64,000 bases of DNA from an uncultured Phascolarctobacterium sp. (GCA_964630355.1 CAZVSX010000006.1:8155-72154); one strand, 5' to 3'; counted from the first letter of the stretch, positions 17,946 through 28,268 are shown. Numbers and translations are program-made. Notes: a model not told the origin generated them from the letters alone.

Positions 17946-19532
17946 ATGAAAATTTTTGTCAGCAATGATATCAGTGAAAAAGGCGTTGCTCTTCTGCGTG
18001 AACATTTTGATGTAGATGTAATGCCCAATATGCAGCCTGATGAACTTATAAAAGTTATTAATAAATATGACGGACTCGTTACACGTAGTATGACTAAAGT
18101 AACAAAAGAGGTAATTGAAGCATCCACAAAATTAAAAGTTATCGGCCGCGCCGGTGTAGGTGTTGATAATATTGATATTCCTGCTGCTACTGCTAAAGGC
18201 ATTGTAGTTCTAAATACACCCGAGGGCAATACAATGGCTGCAACTGAACATACTATAGCTATGATGATGGCTATGACACGTCATATCCCCCAAGCACATC
18301 AGTCTATTCAAGAAGGCAGATGGGACCGTAAATCCTTTGACGGTATCCAAGTACAGGGAAAAACCTTAGGAATTATTGGGGTAGGTCGTATCGGCAGCCG
18401 AGTTGCTAAACGTATGCAGGCAATGGAAATGACAACAATAGGTTATGACCCTTATATAACAGAAGACAGAGCACATCAGGTAGGAGTGGAGTTAGTTGAT
18501 TTTGATACCTTACTAGCAAAGTCTGACTACATAACTATTCACACACCGTTAACTAAAGAAACTGAAAAAATGTTGAATGCTGAAGCTATAGCTAAAATGA
18601 AAGACGGTGTACGCATAGTCAATTGTGCTCGCGGAGGCTGCATGGATCCTCAAGCCATTGCCGATGGCTTAAAATCTGGCAAAATTGCAGGAGCAGCTAT
18701 TGACGTTTATCCTACAGAACCGTTAACAACAGAAAATAATCCTTTTCTTGGTCTGTTTAATGTAGTACAAACTCCACATTTAGGAGCATCTACAATCGAA
18801 GCACAAATAGGAGTAGCTGTTGATGTAGCATATGGTGTTATTGATGCACTAGAAGGTCGTCCTGTAATGACCGCAGTTAATATGGCGCCTATTCCGAAAA
18901 GTGTAGCAACAGTTATTCAACCATACTTTAAACTTGCAGAACGTATGGGTACTGTTGGCATATATCTGGCAGATGGACCAATAAAAAGTGTTGAAGTAGA
19001 ATATACCGGTGCTTTAGCTGAAACAGAAACACAAGCTCTCACAACGGCTTTCCTCAAAGGATTGCTAAACCCTATTTTGCAGGACAGTGTAAATTTTGTT
19101 AATGCCCCCAGCATTGCCAAAAAACGTAATTTAGAAGTTAAAGAAGTTAAAGCTAATAAAGCTGGTTATTTCACTACAGCTATTAATGTACGTATTAGCA
19201 CCGACAAAGGTACACATAAAATTGAAGGAACTCTTTTTGACGGCAAACAACCAAAAATTGTTCAAATAGACCAATATCATGTAGATTTCACTCCAGAAGG
19301 TTACTTATTATTGGCTCCGCATATCAACAAGCCTAATATGATAGGTCAGATGGCAACAATTCTAGGAAAAGCCGGCATTAATATCAATGGCATGCAAGTA
19401 GGCAGTACACCAAAATCCAATACTAATATTATGGCTATAGCAGTCGGAGATGACATTCCCAATGACATCATGCTGCAGCTGCGCGGTGTTGAAGGCATTA
19501 TGGATGTAAAACTTATTAACTGTGAGGGATAA
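17946..19532 (+). CDS. serA: D-3-phosphoglycerate dehydrogenase, long type with ASB and ACT domains
   Basis: GRAGVGVDNID, G.GRIG, NCARGG, TPHLGASTIEAQ, C-terminal ACT domain. Confidence 0.96.
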   Translation: MKIFVSNDISEKGVALLREHFDVDVMPNMQPDELIKVINKYDGLVTRSMTKVTKEVIEASTKLKVIGRAGVGVDNIDIPAATAKGIVVLNTPEGNTMAATEHTIAMMMAMTRHIPQAHQSIQEGRWDRKSFDGIQVQGKTLGIIGVGRIGSRVAKRMQAMEMTTIGYDPYITEDRAHQVGVELVDFDTLLAKSDYITIHTPLTKETEKMLNAEAIAKMKDGVRIVNCARGGCMDPQAIADGLKSGKIAGAAIDVYPTEPLTTENNPFLGLFNVVQTPHLGASTIEAQIGVAVDVAYGVIDALEGRPVMTAVNMAPIPKSVATVIQPYFKLAERMGTVGIYLADGPIKSVEVEYTGALAETETQALTTAFLKGLLNPILQDSVNFVNAPSIAKKRNLEVKEVKANKAGYFTTAINVRISTDKGTHKIEGTLFDGKQPKIVQIDQYHVDFTPEGYLLLAPHINKPNMIGQMATILGKAGININGMQVGSTPKSNTNIMAIAVGDDIPNDIMLQLRGVEGIMDVKLINCEG

Positions 19533-19533
19533 A

Positions 19534-20172
19534 ATGAAAGTTATATTAGTAAGACACGGCGAAACACAATGGAACATAGATGGTCGTTATCAAGGTCAAG
19601 AAGATACCCTGCTCAGCCAGCGAGGCTTACGCCAAGGCTATCTGCTTGCTGAAGGATTAAGGCATATTCCTATTGATATATGTATTTCCAGTCCGCTTAA
19701 ACGTTCTCTAAAAACCTGTAAACTCTGCGCTGAACTGCATCAACTTTCTGTAAGTATTGATGACAGACTTTTAGAAATCAATCATGGAAGTTGGGAAGGG
19801 CAACTTGCTCAGGATATTCAAAAACAATACCCTAAAGAATTTTCTCTTTGGCATTCTCAGCCACATTTAGTAAAAATGCCTAATGGCGGTGAAAGTCTTG
19901 AAGATGTACGTCAACGCGTTCGTGCAGCGTTTAATGACTATACAGTTAAGTATCCTGAAAAAACGATTTTAGTAGCAGCACATGATGCAGTCAATAAAAC
20001 TATTATCTGCGATATTCTGGGCTTAGGAATGGAACATTTCTGGCAGATTAAGCAGGATAATACATGTATAAACGTCTTAGAGTATAAAGACAACTGCTGG
20101 CGTATAGTTTTATTAAATTCAACCAATCATTTAGGTTTTTTATTCAGCGGTATTGAACAGGCTGGATTATAA
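19534..20172 (+). CDS. Histidine-phosphatase family protein, likely metal-independent phosphoserine phosphatase (PspA/iPSP)
   Basis: RHGET.WN..GRYQG, SSPL.R, LEINHG.WEG, GGES; third gene of a Ser T-box operon. Confidence 0.8.
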   Translation: MKVILVRHGETQWNIDGRYQGQEDTLLSQRGLRQGYLLAEGLRHIPIDICISSPLKRSLKTCKLCAELHQLSVSIDDRLLEINHGSWEGQLAQDIQKQYPKEFSLWHSQPHLVKMPNGGESLEDVRQRVRAAFNDYTVKYPEKTILVAAHDAVNKTIICDILGLGMEHFWQIKQDNTCINVLEYKDNCWRIVLLNSTNHLGFLFSGIEQAGL

Positions 20173-20212
20173 AATATTTTCAGCAACATATATATAGCTG
20201 AAAAAATAAAGC

Positions 20213-20269
20213 AAAAGCACAACAAAACCATTTCCCACCTAAAGGGTATAATGATTTCGTTGTGCTTTT
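20213..20269. terminator. Bidirectional terminator between the convergent ser operon and fchA
   Basis: AAAAGCACAAC...GTTGTGCTTTT long inverted repeat. Confidence 0.65.
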
Positions 20270-20318
20270 ATAATTTATTCAGGAATAAAACGTTTTCCAG
20301 AATCTTCTAGTATATTTT

Positions 20319-20951
20319 TTACTTCAGCACCTTATCTGTAACAGCCAGAAGATGCTCCTCAGCAGTCAAAGCTTTCTGCTGCATAGATATAAGCTCCGCA
20401 GTTATCTGTTCATTATAGCTTTCATCTTTAGTCAGTCCTAAATTTATCCGTACATTGTATTCCGCACAGCGTAAAGCAGCACGAGCTAACAGTCCGCTGC
20501 AGGCAGCATCAGTAATAACTCCTGGATTTCCGCAAAGTACCAGCTTATCAGCTATAAGCAATACTTCCATAGCTACGCGTGCTATTTCTAAAGGCACTTC
20601 AGCTGCCTGTTTTGCAGCCTTACGCACAGCAGCAGTACGAATTGCTTTTTCTTCGTCAGTACCCTTAGGCAACTTATAGCAATTCATGAACTCAGCAAAA
20701 ACAGCTGCGTCACTTTCTGCTAACTCCAATAGTTTTACCCGTGTTTTCTCAACAGCTGATAATAATGCTCTGACTTTTTCCTCCTGTGCTGCAAACTTTT
20801 CCTTGCCAATTGTTAAATTAGCAACCATAGAAGAAAGTGCTGCCGCAAGTGCCCCCGCAAGTGCAGCAGCACCGCCGCCACCGGGAACAGGAGCAGCACT
20901 TGCCAATTCTGTTAAAAATTCTCTGCTACTTAAATCAGTCAACTTTTTCAT
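20319..20951 (-). CDS. Formiminotetrahydrofolate cyclodeaminase / methenyl-THF cyclohydrolase (FTCD_C)
   Basis: LAS..PVPGGG.AAAL, MVANLT.GK, VPL, GN...ITD, NVRINL. Confidence 0.88.
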   Translation of the reverse strand: MKKLTDLSSREFLTELASAAPVPGGGGAAALAGALAAALSSMVANLTIGKEKFAAQEEKVRALLSAVEKTRVKLLELAESDAAVFAEFMNCYKLPKGTDEEKAIRTAAVRKAAKQAAEVPLEIARVAMEVLLIADKLVLCGNPGVITDAACSGLLARAALRCAEYNVRINLGLTKDESYNEQITAELISMQQKALTAEEHLLAVTDKVLK

Positions 20952-20985
20952 ATTTACCTCTTAATAAAACTTCCTTAGATAATAA

Positions 20986-21396
20986 TCAATACTCAGTCCG
21001 CTGCTCCAAGTAACGCTGAATTTGAACCACAGCAGCATAAGCATCCAATGCTTCTGGCGGTACTAACAAGCCTAACGGCACAAACTTACGCCACCCTTTA
21101 GGCGGATTTAATCTCCAATAAAGTGAACGAGCTTCCTCTGTACTGTAGGCTTCACCCACCAGGCACACAGAAACAGTAGGCAAAATACTGCGTACAACAG
21201 CAGAAACAGCTTCATGATTTGTACCATTGCCTATTATAACAACAGAAAGACTCTCATCAGCGACAAAACTTCGCAGCTCATCGGCAAAACTTGTCATCTG
21301 TGCTATATGCAGTCTAACTATTTTCCCCTGTTCATCCACTAACGCCATTCCAGATTTACTGCGTCCTGGATCAATTCCCAGATAACTGTTCTTCAA
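20986..21396 (-). CDS. YqgF/RuvX-like RNase H-fold nuclease
   Basis: LGIDPG..K.G.A, IGNGT, E..STEEAR, D.YAA. Confidence 0.75.
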   Translation of the reverse strand: MKNSYLGIDPGRSKSGMALVDEQGKIVRLHIAQMTSFADELRSFVADESLSVVIIGNGTNHEAVSAVVRSILPTVSVCLVGEAYSTEEARSLYWRLNPPKGWRKFVPLGLLVPPEALDAYAAVVQIQRYLEQRTEY

Positions 21397-22540
21397 GAGG
21401 CAGCACCTCCAGTTTCACACGAACTGGCCCAGCAGTTGTTATATCCCCCTTAGCATATGCACTCAATATAAATTTGCCTTTTATTTTTCGCATAGCATTA
21501 GTTACTTCAATCATGGTAGCAGCATCCATACTGCCAACTTTACCAGTCATAGGATCAGGAAGTACACCTGCCTTAACAGCGTTATGATTAACCTGCGAAA
21601 GAAAATTCATAATAACATTTTCATAGTCAGGCGAATCTGTGCTCAAATTATATTGCTCACTGAATATCAAACTGCCATCAGAATAAATAAACTGATTATC
21701 TACCATTTCTATATCACAGACTGCCAATTCACCTACAATTATATTAGCCACAGTACGAATTCTAAACAGCATATTCCCTTTGCTTTTATCCAAAGCTTCA
21801 AGCGCATTATCTACTGTGTTCTTACCAATCCAAATGGCCTGCAGCGACTGCTCCGTCTGCTGTACACCCAAGCGCTGCAAAGCCACTTCATTAGCATTTT
21901 GCAGCAGCCAGTTCATCTGAATTACATTTTCTTCATGTTTCAGACCACCGCGCATTACTCCGGCAAAAACAACTTCGCCAGCACGATAATACACTTGACC
22001 CTCTCGCATATTAATAATACCTTTGCGCAAAGTTTCCGTAACCTGTTCCAAATCGTTAATTTCATCAGTAAGCTGCAGCTTAGATTGTGTCAAAGAATTA
22101 ACTTCACTTTTAGCCTGACTATACATATCATTCAACTGAAAAAGCTTGGCTTCCATAGCATCATTTTCAGCAGCAGATTCTTTAATCTTTTCATCAAGCG
22201 AAGTAATTTTCTGATTCTGCTGCTCTACTTTGCCTTTAAGAGCATCCAACTCAGCAGAAGCAGTTTCTTTTTCCTGGTTTAGTAAAGAAAGCTCCTGCTG
22301 GAGTTTTTCCATACCAAACAATGCAGTACGTGCACTTTGCGATGCTCCTGCCATAACACCTATGGTAAGAACAGCAATCATCGTACCGCTGAGTACCGTA
22401 AGCAAAATAGAAGTATATTTAGGGCGCAGTCCAAATACTGACATTCGTTTTTTACCTATTTTGCTTCCCATTTTATCCGCAATATAAGCAATTAAGCCAC
22501 CGACAACAGCCATAATAACAATTAATCTTATACCTACCAA
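21371..22540 (-). CDS. DUF3084 family membrane-anchored coiled-coil protein
   Basis: GGLIAY.AD.MGSKIGKKR.S.FGLRPKYTS signature, two TM helices, long coiled coil; TTG start at 22540 after GGAGGTG. Confidence 0.8.
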   Translation of the reverse strand: MVGIRLIVIMAVVGGLIAYIADKMGSKIGKKRMSVFGLRPKYTSILLTVLSGTMIAVLTIGVMAGASQSARTALFGMEKLQQELSLLNQEKETASAELDALKGKVEQQNQKITSLDEKIKESAAENDAMEAKLFQLNDMYSQAKSEVNSLTQSKLQLTDEINDLEQVTETLRKGIINMREGQVYYRAGEVVFAGVMRGGLKHEENVIQMNWLLQNANEVALQRLGVQQTEQSLQAIWIGKNTVDNALEALDKSKGNMLFRIRTVANIIVGELAVCDIEMVDNQFIYSDGSLIFSEQYNLSTDSPDYENVIMNFLSQVNHNAVKAGVLPDPMTGKVGSMDAATMIEVTNAMRKIKGKFILSAYAKGDITTAGPVRVKLEVLPLEEQLSGN

Positions 22541-22572
22541 GTACTCACCTCCCAAAAATTCTCACAAAAACA

Positions 22573-23664
22573 TCAGACATTCTTCTTCTGCATCAGATAA
22601 ATACCTGTTGCCAAACAAAGTATATTAGGCAGAGCACATGCCAGCAGCGGCGGCATAACTCCTCCTTTTCCCAACCCAGTCGTAAATGTCATTACCGCAT
22701 AATAAATAAAAATAACGATAATGCTTATGCCCAGTCCAATAGAAGAGCTGGTACGTTGTTTCTGAGTTCCCAAGCAAGCACCAATCATAGCAAAAAAGAA
22801 ACTTGCTAAAGGAATATTGATACGCATAAAAATTTCACACCATTGACGTGCTGTAGATGAATTCTGTGCTTCCAACATACCTATATACTCACGCAGCTCA
22901 CGAATGGTCATTTCTTCAGGATCTTTCTGCTCCCAAGAAATCTGCTTAGGAGAAAAGTTCAATGGAATAATCTGCTCTTTAAATTTTGCGGTGCTTTGTA
23001 CACCATCTTCATCATCAAGGGCAAAAACATTACCATTTACAACACGCCAGGTACCATTTTCCCAAAATCCCTCTTTTGCTGTCTGAATGCGAGAAATCTT
23101 TCCTTTATTAAATTCCTCTATAGTAATATCAGTCATCTTACCCTGCTTTTCATCAAATTTATTCGCATAAGTAACACGCTGTGTATCACCGCTGATAGTT
23201 TTTATTACAATATGATCCTGCGTTGTCGGCCTAGTATTATGACGTATTTCTTCGCTTAAAATCCGCGAAGCTGTAGCCTTAGATACCGGTACAACTTTTT
23301 CTGCCCAAACCATTGAAAACATACTAACGACAAAACCTACAACCAAGACAGGTGCAACAATACGGTAGTAACTCACTCCACCAGCCTTCATTGCCGTAAT
23401 TTCACTGGAGCCTGATAACTTGCCAAAAGCCATTAAAGCTGCCAGCAGCATTGACATAGGGAAAGTATAGTTGATAACTTCAGGCATATTATACATAAAT
23501 AAACGAGCTATCGTTTCTATAGGTGCACCATATTTAGTCATGTATTGCGTAATTTTAAACAGCATCGTACTGGCAATAAAAATGCTGGAGAAAGCCGCTA
23601 TACCGAAAATAAAAGGATACAACAACTCCTTCAATACATAACGGTCTAATAAACGTAATCGCAC
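22573..23664 (-). CDS. LPS export permease LptF/LptG (single copy)
   Basis: LLDRYVLKEL, SEITAMKAGG.S, periplasmic beta-jellyroll, 3+3 TM layout. Confidence 0.9.
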   Translation of the reverse strand: MRLRLLDRYVLKELLYPFIFGIAAFSSIFIASTMLFKITQYMTKYGAPIETIARLFMYNMPEVINYTFPMSMLLAALMAFGKLSGSSEITAMKAGGVSYYRIVAPVLVVGFVVSMFSMVWAEKVVPVSKATASRILSEEIRHNTRPTTQDHIVIKTISGDTQRVTYANKFDEKQGKMTDITIEEFNKGKISRIQTAKEGFWENGTWRVVNGNVFALDDEDGVQSTAKFKEQIIPLNFSPKQISWEQKDPEEMTIRELREYIGMLEAQNSSTARQWCEIFMRINIPLASFFFAMIGACLGTQKQRTSSSIGLGISIIVIFIYYAVMTFTTGLGKGGVMPPLLACALPNILCLATGIYLMQKKNV

Positions 23665-23678
23665 TTTTCTTCCTCCTG

Positions 23679-24398
23679 CTACATGCTAAAATTATCACCC
23701 AGATAGTATTTACGGGCAATAGGATCATTGGCAATTGTTTCACTGTCACCATGCAGTAAAATTTTACCATCTGCTAAAATATATGCTTTGTCTACAATAC
23801 TCAATGTTTCACGTACATTATGGTCAGTTATTAAAATGCCAATTCCCCGCTGTGCTAAATGAGCAATCATTCCCTGAATATCTGCCACAGCAATAGGATC
23901 AATACCGGCAAAAGGCTCATCAAGTAAAATAAAGGCTGGATCTGTAGCCAATGCACGTGCGATTTCCACTCTGCGACGTTCACCACCGGAAAGAGCCTTG
24001 CCTTCACTTTTACGTACATGTTCAAGACGAAACTCCTCAATTAATGCATTCATCTTTGCAACGCGCTCATCAGAGTTCAGACCAGTGGTTTCCAAAATAG
24101 CCATAATATTATCCTCTACCGTCATTTTACTGAAAATAGAAGCTTCCTGCGGCAGATAGCCAATACCCGCACGTGCACGTTCATACATGGGCATTGAAGA
24201 AATATCTTTTCCGTCAAGAGTAACCACTCCGCCGTTAGGACGTTCAATACCTACTATCATATAAAATGTTGTTGTCTTACCAGCACCATTAGGCCCCAAA
24301 AGACCTACAACACTGCCTTGTTCAACACTTATACTTACTCCATCAACTACACGACGTGTATTATATACTTTCACCAGATTCTCTGTTCTAATAATCAA
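23679..24398 (-). CDS. lptB: LPS export ABC ATPase
   Basis: [56 protein letters not shown]; likely TTG start at 24398 (alternative 24413). Confidence 0.95.
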   Translation of the reverse strand: MIIRTENLVKVYNTRRVVDGVSISVEQGSVVGLLGPNGAGKTTTFYMIVGIERPNGGVVTLDGKDISSMPMYERARAGIGYLPQEASIFSKMTVEDNIMAILETTGLNSDERVAKMNALIEEFRLEHVRKSEGKALSGGERRRVEIARALATDPAFILLDEPFAGIDPIAVADIQGMIAHLAQRGIGILITDHNVRETLSIVDKAYILADGKILLHGDSETIANDPIARKYYLGDNFSM

Positions 24399-24416
24399 GA
24401 CTGTGTCCTCCACATC

Positions 24417-25187
24417 TTAGGCAAGAGCCTTTTCGTCAGCAGATTTCTGCTCTTTACCAATAAGTGCAGGCTGTTTTTCCGGAATATAGATAATATTTAC
24501 ATTTCCTTCAGCAACAGCCACATTAGTATTAGTTAAACGCAGCTTATCACCAGAAACACTGTTGCCGTTTTGTGTAGCTTTAGCATTGCCAATCAACTCA
24601 ATATAACCATTATTATCAGTACGATATACAGCACTGTCAGCAGAAGCTTCAAGATTACGTACAGTGCTGTTAATAGTTACTCCGCCATAAGCGTTGGCTA
24701 CACCTTCTGCCATATTATAATCAATCTTAGCTGCATTTACTACACTGCCGTCAGTATCTGTAAGTCTAGCCCAACCACCAGCAGTTTCAGCAAACTGCCG
24801 TCCTTTATAATAATCAACTCTTTCTGCGCTCAAACTTCTTCCAGACTTAGTAATTACAGCGCCGCCGACAGCCGATAAATCATTTTCATTATGAACGATA
24901 AACTCGTTGCAAACAATATGAGCATCATCTCTATCCGCAACAACATTACCTGTCAGTACACCACTTTTTGTTTTACTATTGAAACTTGCATAATCAGCAG
25001 TTGCAACACCACCGTCCTGTTTCAATACCACGTTGCCCTTTGCAAGTGCTTCACCACTTCCAAGATCATATTCCAACTCGTCAGCCTGAACACTGAAATT
25101 ATCTGGTGCAGCAAATGCTGTAACCGTTAAATTCATTGCCAATAAAACAGAAGCAACAGCCAGTAACAATTTATTTTTACAAGACAT
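24417..25187 (-). CDS. lptA: LptA/OstA family periplasmic LPS transport protein (extended)
   Basis: Signal peptide, repeated beta-jellyroll units (AD...Y...A.GNV); lies between lptC and lptB. Confidence 0.8.
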   Translation of the reverse strand: MSCKNKLLLAVASVLLAMNLTVTAFAAPDNFSVQADELEYDLGSGEALAKGNVVLKQDGGVATADYASFNSKTKSGVLTGNVVADRDDAHIVCNEFIVHNENDLSAVGGAVITKSGRSLSAERVDYYKGRQFAETAGGWARLTDTDGSVVNAAKIDYNMAEGVANAYGGVTINSTVRNLEASADSAVYRTDNNGYIELIGNAKATQNGNSVSGDKLRLTNTNVAVAEGNVNIIYIPEKQPALIGKEQKSADEKALA

Positions 25188-25188
25188 C

Positions 25189-25743
25189 TTATTCGCCACC
25201 TTTCTCAACTTTAGCATTTCCTCTAAGCTTTATATGCTGAAAAGCACTCGTAGTCTCTGCACTGTCAGCAACAGCATTATAATCACCCTGATGAATCTTA
25301 AAATTACCATTTGCTGTTACTAAATTCTTATCCTGATCCCAAACAATCTTATCAGCATAAAGTTCACCGCCAGTATTAAGTATAGCTTTTACGTTTCCCT
25401 CCAGCGAAAACTTATTTTTGCTTATTTCCGTCATACCCTTATCAGCAAAAATATCTATATAACTGCCATCGCTGCGATAAACTTTACCTTTGATTCCATG
25501 CAAATAAGCTGTATTATCAGACTTATTACTTACAACCTCAGACACTGAAAACTCCCAAAGAAGTTTTCCATCCTTTTCACGCTTCAAAACGCTGTTTTTT
25601 AATGAAGCGTTAATCTGTGCAGTAATACCATCACCCGGCTTTATTGTCACAGGCTTATTGCCACCTAACATAAGCCAAGAGATAATGCCACCGGCAATAA
25701 GCAAACCGGTCAGCACAAATAAGATTATCTTATTATTTTTCAT
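25189..25743 (-). CDS. lptC: LptC-like LPS export protein
   Basis: Single N-terminal TM plus beta-jellyroll (G.LLWE, L.GNV, W.Q); canonical position. Confidence 0.8.
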   Translation of the reverse strand: MKNNKIILFVLTGLLIAGGIISWLMLGGNKPVTIKPGDGITAQINASLKNSVLKREKDGKLLWEFSVSEVVSNKSDNTAYLHGIKGKVYRSDGSYIDIFADKGMTEISKNKFSLEGNVKAILNTGGELYADKIVWDQDKNLVTANGNFKIHQGDYNAVADSAETTSAFQHIKLRGNAKVEKGGE

Positions 25744-26635
25744 CTGCCTGCTTTTCCTCCTCCGGTGGTGTATAAGGCGTATTCCAGCGATGCTGGAACC
25801 ATAACCAATTATCTGGATACTCCCTAATTATTTTTTCAACCTCTTGTGTCATTTTCAGGGTAACATTATAATCATCCTGCTCTTTATTACCAGTAAATTC
25901 ATAATAAATAGGATCTTTCACAATAGCGGTATGCCCATAACCATCTGGCTTGCGCACAATAAAAATAGGAACTATCGGTGCTTTAAACTTACGGGCAAAA
26001 TAAGCGGGTCCTGCCGGCGTTGATGCCATTTTCCCAAGAAAAGGCACAAATATACCATCATAACCACCATCTTGGTCAGCAATCAAGCCCAACATTCTCC
26101 CCTTTTTCATCGCTCTGGCACAACCGAGAATCTCACTGGTTCCGCGTGAAAAAATTTCCTGCCCTGCACCTTCCCTAAGTTCATTCATAAAATCACTGTA
26201 AATACGATTTGGCTGGGGTTTTTCAACCGCACTTAAAGGGAAACCATTCAAAGCAAGTCCTGCCCCCAACCATTCCCAGTTATCCATGTGACAGGCAAGC
26301 ATCACTGCACCTTTGCCTTCATTTAATGCATCCCATAAAACTTCTGGTCGATCAAAAGTTACCAATCCACGTATATTATCTTTATTCAAAGCAGGCATAT
26401 ACATAATTTCCATAAAAGTAATTCCCAACTTAACAAATAAAGATTTGATTGTTGCCTGTGCCTGCTCCTTGCTGTACCCTAGACATTCACTAATAGTTTC
26501 CTCAGCACGTATCCGCTGTTTCTTTGCTATTCTGTGATATAAGTGACCCATACCTTTCCCAATAACAACGATTGCCCTATACGGCAGCCAAGATATCACT
26601 GTACTCATTGTTTTTAATAAATAGTAAAGCCACAT
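25733..26635 (-). CDS. Lipid A late acyltransferase (LpxL/HtrB family)
   Basis: H..NWE, IADQD, PFLG, P.NWLWFQHRW. Confidence 0.88.
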   Translation of the reverse strand: MWLYYLLKTMSTVISWLPYRAIVVIGKGMGHLYHRIAKKQRIRAEETISECLGYSKEQAQATIKSLFVKLGITFMEIMYMPALNKDNIRGLVTFDRPEVLWDALNEGKGAVMLACHMDNWEWLGAGLALNGFPLSAVEKPQPNRIYSDFMNELREGAGQEIFSRGTSEILGCARAMKKGRMLGLIADQDGGYDGIFVPFLGKMASTPAGPAYFARKFKAPIVPIFIVRKPDGYGHTAIVKDPIYYEFTGNKEQDDYNVTLKMTQEVEKIIREYPDNWLWFQHRWNTPYTPPEEEKQADEK

Positions 26636-27294
26636 TATTGTCTATCTCCTTGTCCAGCATCATAATAGGATTCTGCAATATTCTCCCATTTCCCCTGAGC
26701 TGTTAAAATCAATTCTACTGCTTCCCGCACAGCTCCATGACCGCCGTCAGCCAACAAATTCCAATCTGCTTTTTCGCTGACAGCATAAGCTGCATCATTA
26801 GGTGCTAAAGAAAATCCACATCTGCTAAAAGCTGGCAAATCATTAAGGTCATCACCAATATAAGCGACTTCATTAAGTGAAATTTTCAACTGTCGGCAAA
26901 GTTCAGACAAGGCTTCTCCCTTATCACGAATACCTTCCAAGACAATTTTTATTCCCAATTCTTCTGCCCGTCTATGCACAATCTCACTATGACGACCAGT
27001 AATTATCGCTACTTCAATACCACTGCGTAATGCACAGCTGATACCCATGCCATCTTTAGCATTAAATCCTTTAAAGATTTCACCATCAGCAGCTATAAAA
27101 ATAGTTCCATCGGTTAATACACCATCTACATCAAGTGCTAGTAACTTTATTTTAGAAGCTAAGGCATCAATATATCTAAAAAATTCATCCATAGCTTCAT
27201 CTTCTTCGTCTGTTAAAACACTATCCGCATCTTCTTCAATGATATTTCTGCCATGAAGAATTCCCTGAAACCATTCTTTATCATGTCTGTTCAT
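26635..27294 (-). CDS. kdsC: KDO-8-phosphate phosphatase
   Basis: LDVDGVLTDG, F.AKDG.G, ITGR.S, YIGDDLND, GG.GAVRE; carries an acidic N-terminal extension. Confidence 0.9.
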   Translation of the reverse strand: MNRHDKEWFQGILHGRNIIEEDADSVLTDEEDEAMDEFFRYIDALASKIKLLALDVDGVLTDGTIFIAADGEIFKGFNAKDGMGISCALRSGIEVAIITGRHSEIVHRRAEELGIKIVLEGIRDKGEALSELCRQLKISLNEVAYIGDDLNDLPAFSRCGFSLAPNDAAYAVSEKADWNLLADGGHGAVREAVELILTAQGKWENIAESYYDAGQGDRQ

Positions 27295-28268
27295 TACACT
27301 ACTCCCTGCCGCACCAAATCAGTCATATGCAACAGACCGATGACTTTATTTTCAGCATCAATTACTGGAAGTACAGTAATTGGTTTAGGTTTATTGCTCT
27401 CCATAATATGCAGTGCCTGTGCAGCCAGCTTATCTTCAGTTATCGTTTTTGGCTCTCTGGTCATCAAGTCACGTACAGGACTTTGCAGAAAATCTACACC
27501 CTTACTCAAGCCACGGCGAATATCGCCGTCAGTCAATACACCCTGCATAATACCATTGGCATCAATAACAGAAACTGCACCCAACCCTTTATCGGTAATT
27601 ATAAACAACGCTTCCTGAACCGTAGTATCTGCCAATACTATAGGATTTTCACTTCCCTTATGCATAATATTGCCTACTGTCAACAAAAGCTTACGCCCTA
27701 AACTGCCTCCTGGATGAAAAATAGCAAACTGACTAGCAGTAAAGTTATGCTTTTTCAACAAAGCCAATGCAAGTGCATCACCATAAGCCAAAGCAGCAGT
27801 CGTACTGCTCGTTGGAGCCAAACCTAACGGACATGCTTCTTTGCTTACACCTACATTCAATATAACATCTGCATTTTTACCTAATGTCGAATCAGGATTA
27901 CCAACCATAGCTATAACTTTAGCCCCTATACGACGCAGTGACGGAAGAATATTTAAGACTTCACCTGTTTCACCGCTGTTAGATAAAGCTATAACTACAT
28001 CGCTTTCTGTAACCATCCCCAGGTCACCATGAATACCTTCTGCAGGATGCAGATAAAACGAAGGAGTACCTGTACTAGCAAGAGTTGCTGCCATCTTGCG
28101 TCCAATAAGACCAGATTTTCCCATACCAGTAATTACAGTACGACCTTCACATTCAAGTATCATTTTTACAGCAGCTGCGAAGTTATCATCAATACGCGGA
28201 ATAAGCTCTAAAACAGCCTCCGCTTCCATGCGCAGCACTTCACGCGCATGTTCCAGCATTGCCTCCAT
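27294..28268 (-). CDS. kdsD: Arabinose-5-phosphate isomerase (SIS plus CBS pair)
   Basis: GMGKSG, HPAEG.HGDLG, SNSGET, EACPLGLAPTSST, HPGGSLG, TDGDIRR. Confidence 0.95.
   Translation of the reverse strand: MEAMLEHAREVLRMEAEAVLELIPRIDDNFAAAVKMILECEGRTVITGMGKSGLIGRKMAATLASTGTPSFYLHPAEGIHGDLGMVTESDVVIALSNSGETGEVLNILPSLRRIGAKVIAMVGNPDSTLGKNADVILNVGVSKEACPLGLAPTSSTTAALAYGDALALALLKKHNFTASQFAIFHPGGSLGRKLLLTVGNIMHKGSENPIVLADTTVQEALFIITDKGLGAVSVIDANGIMQGVLTDGDIRRGLSKGVDFLQSPVRDLMTREPKTITEDKLAAQALHIMESNKPKPITVLPVIDAENKVIGLLHMTDLVRQGVV

Noticed and set aside
21584-22282. 232-aa plus-strand ORF
   Set aside because: Antisense shadow of DUF3084; no RBS and an I/F-rich composition typical of reverse frames
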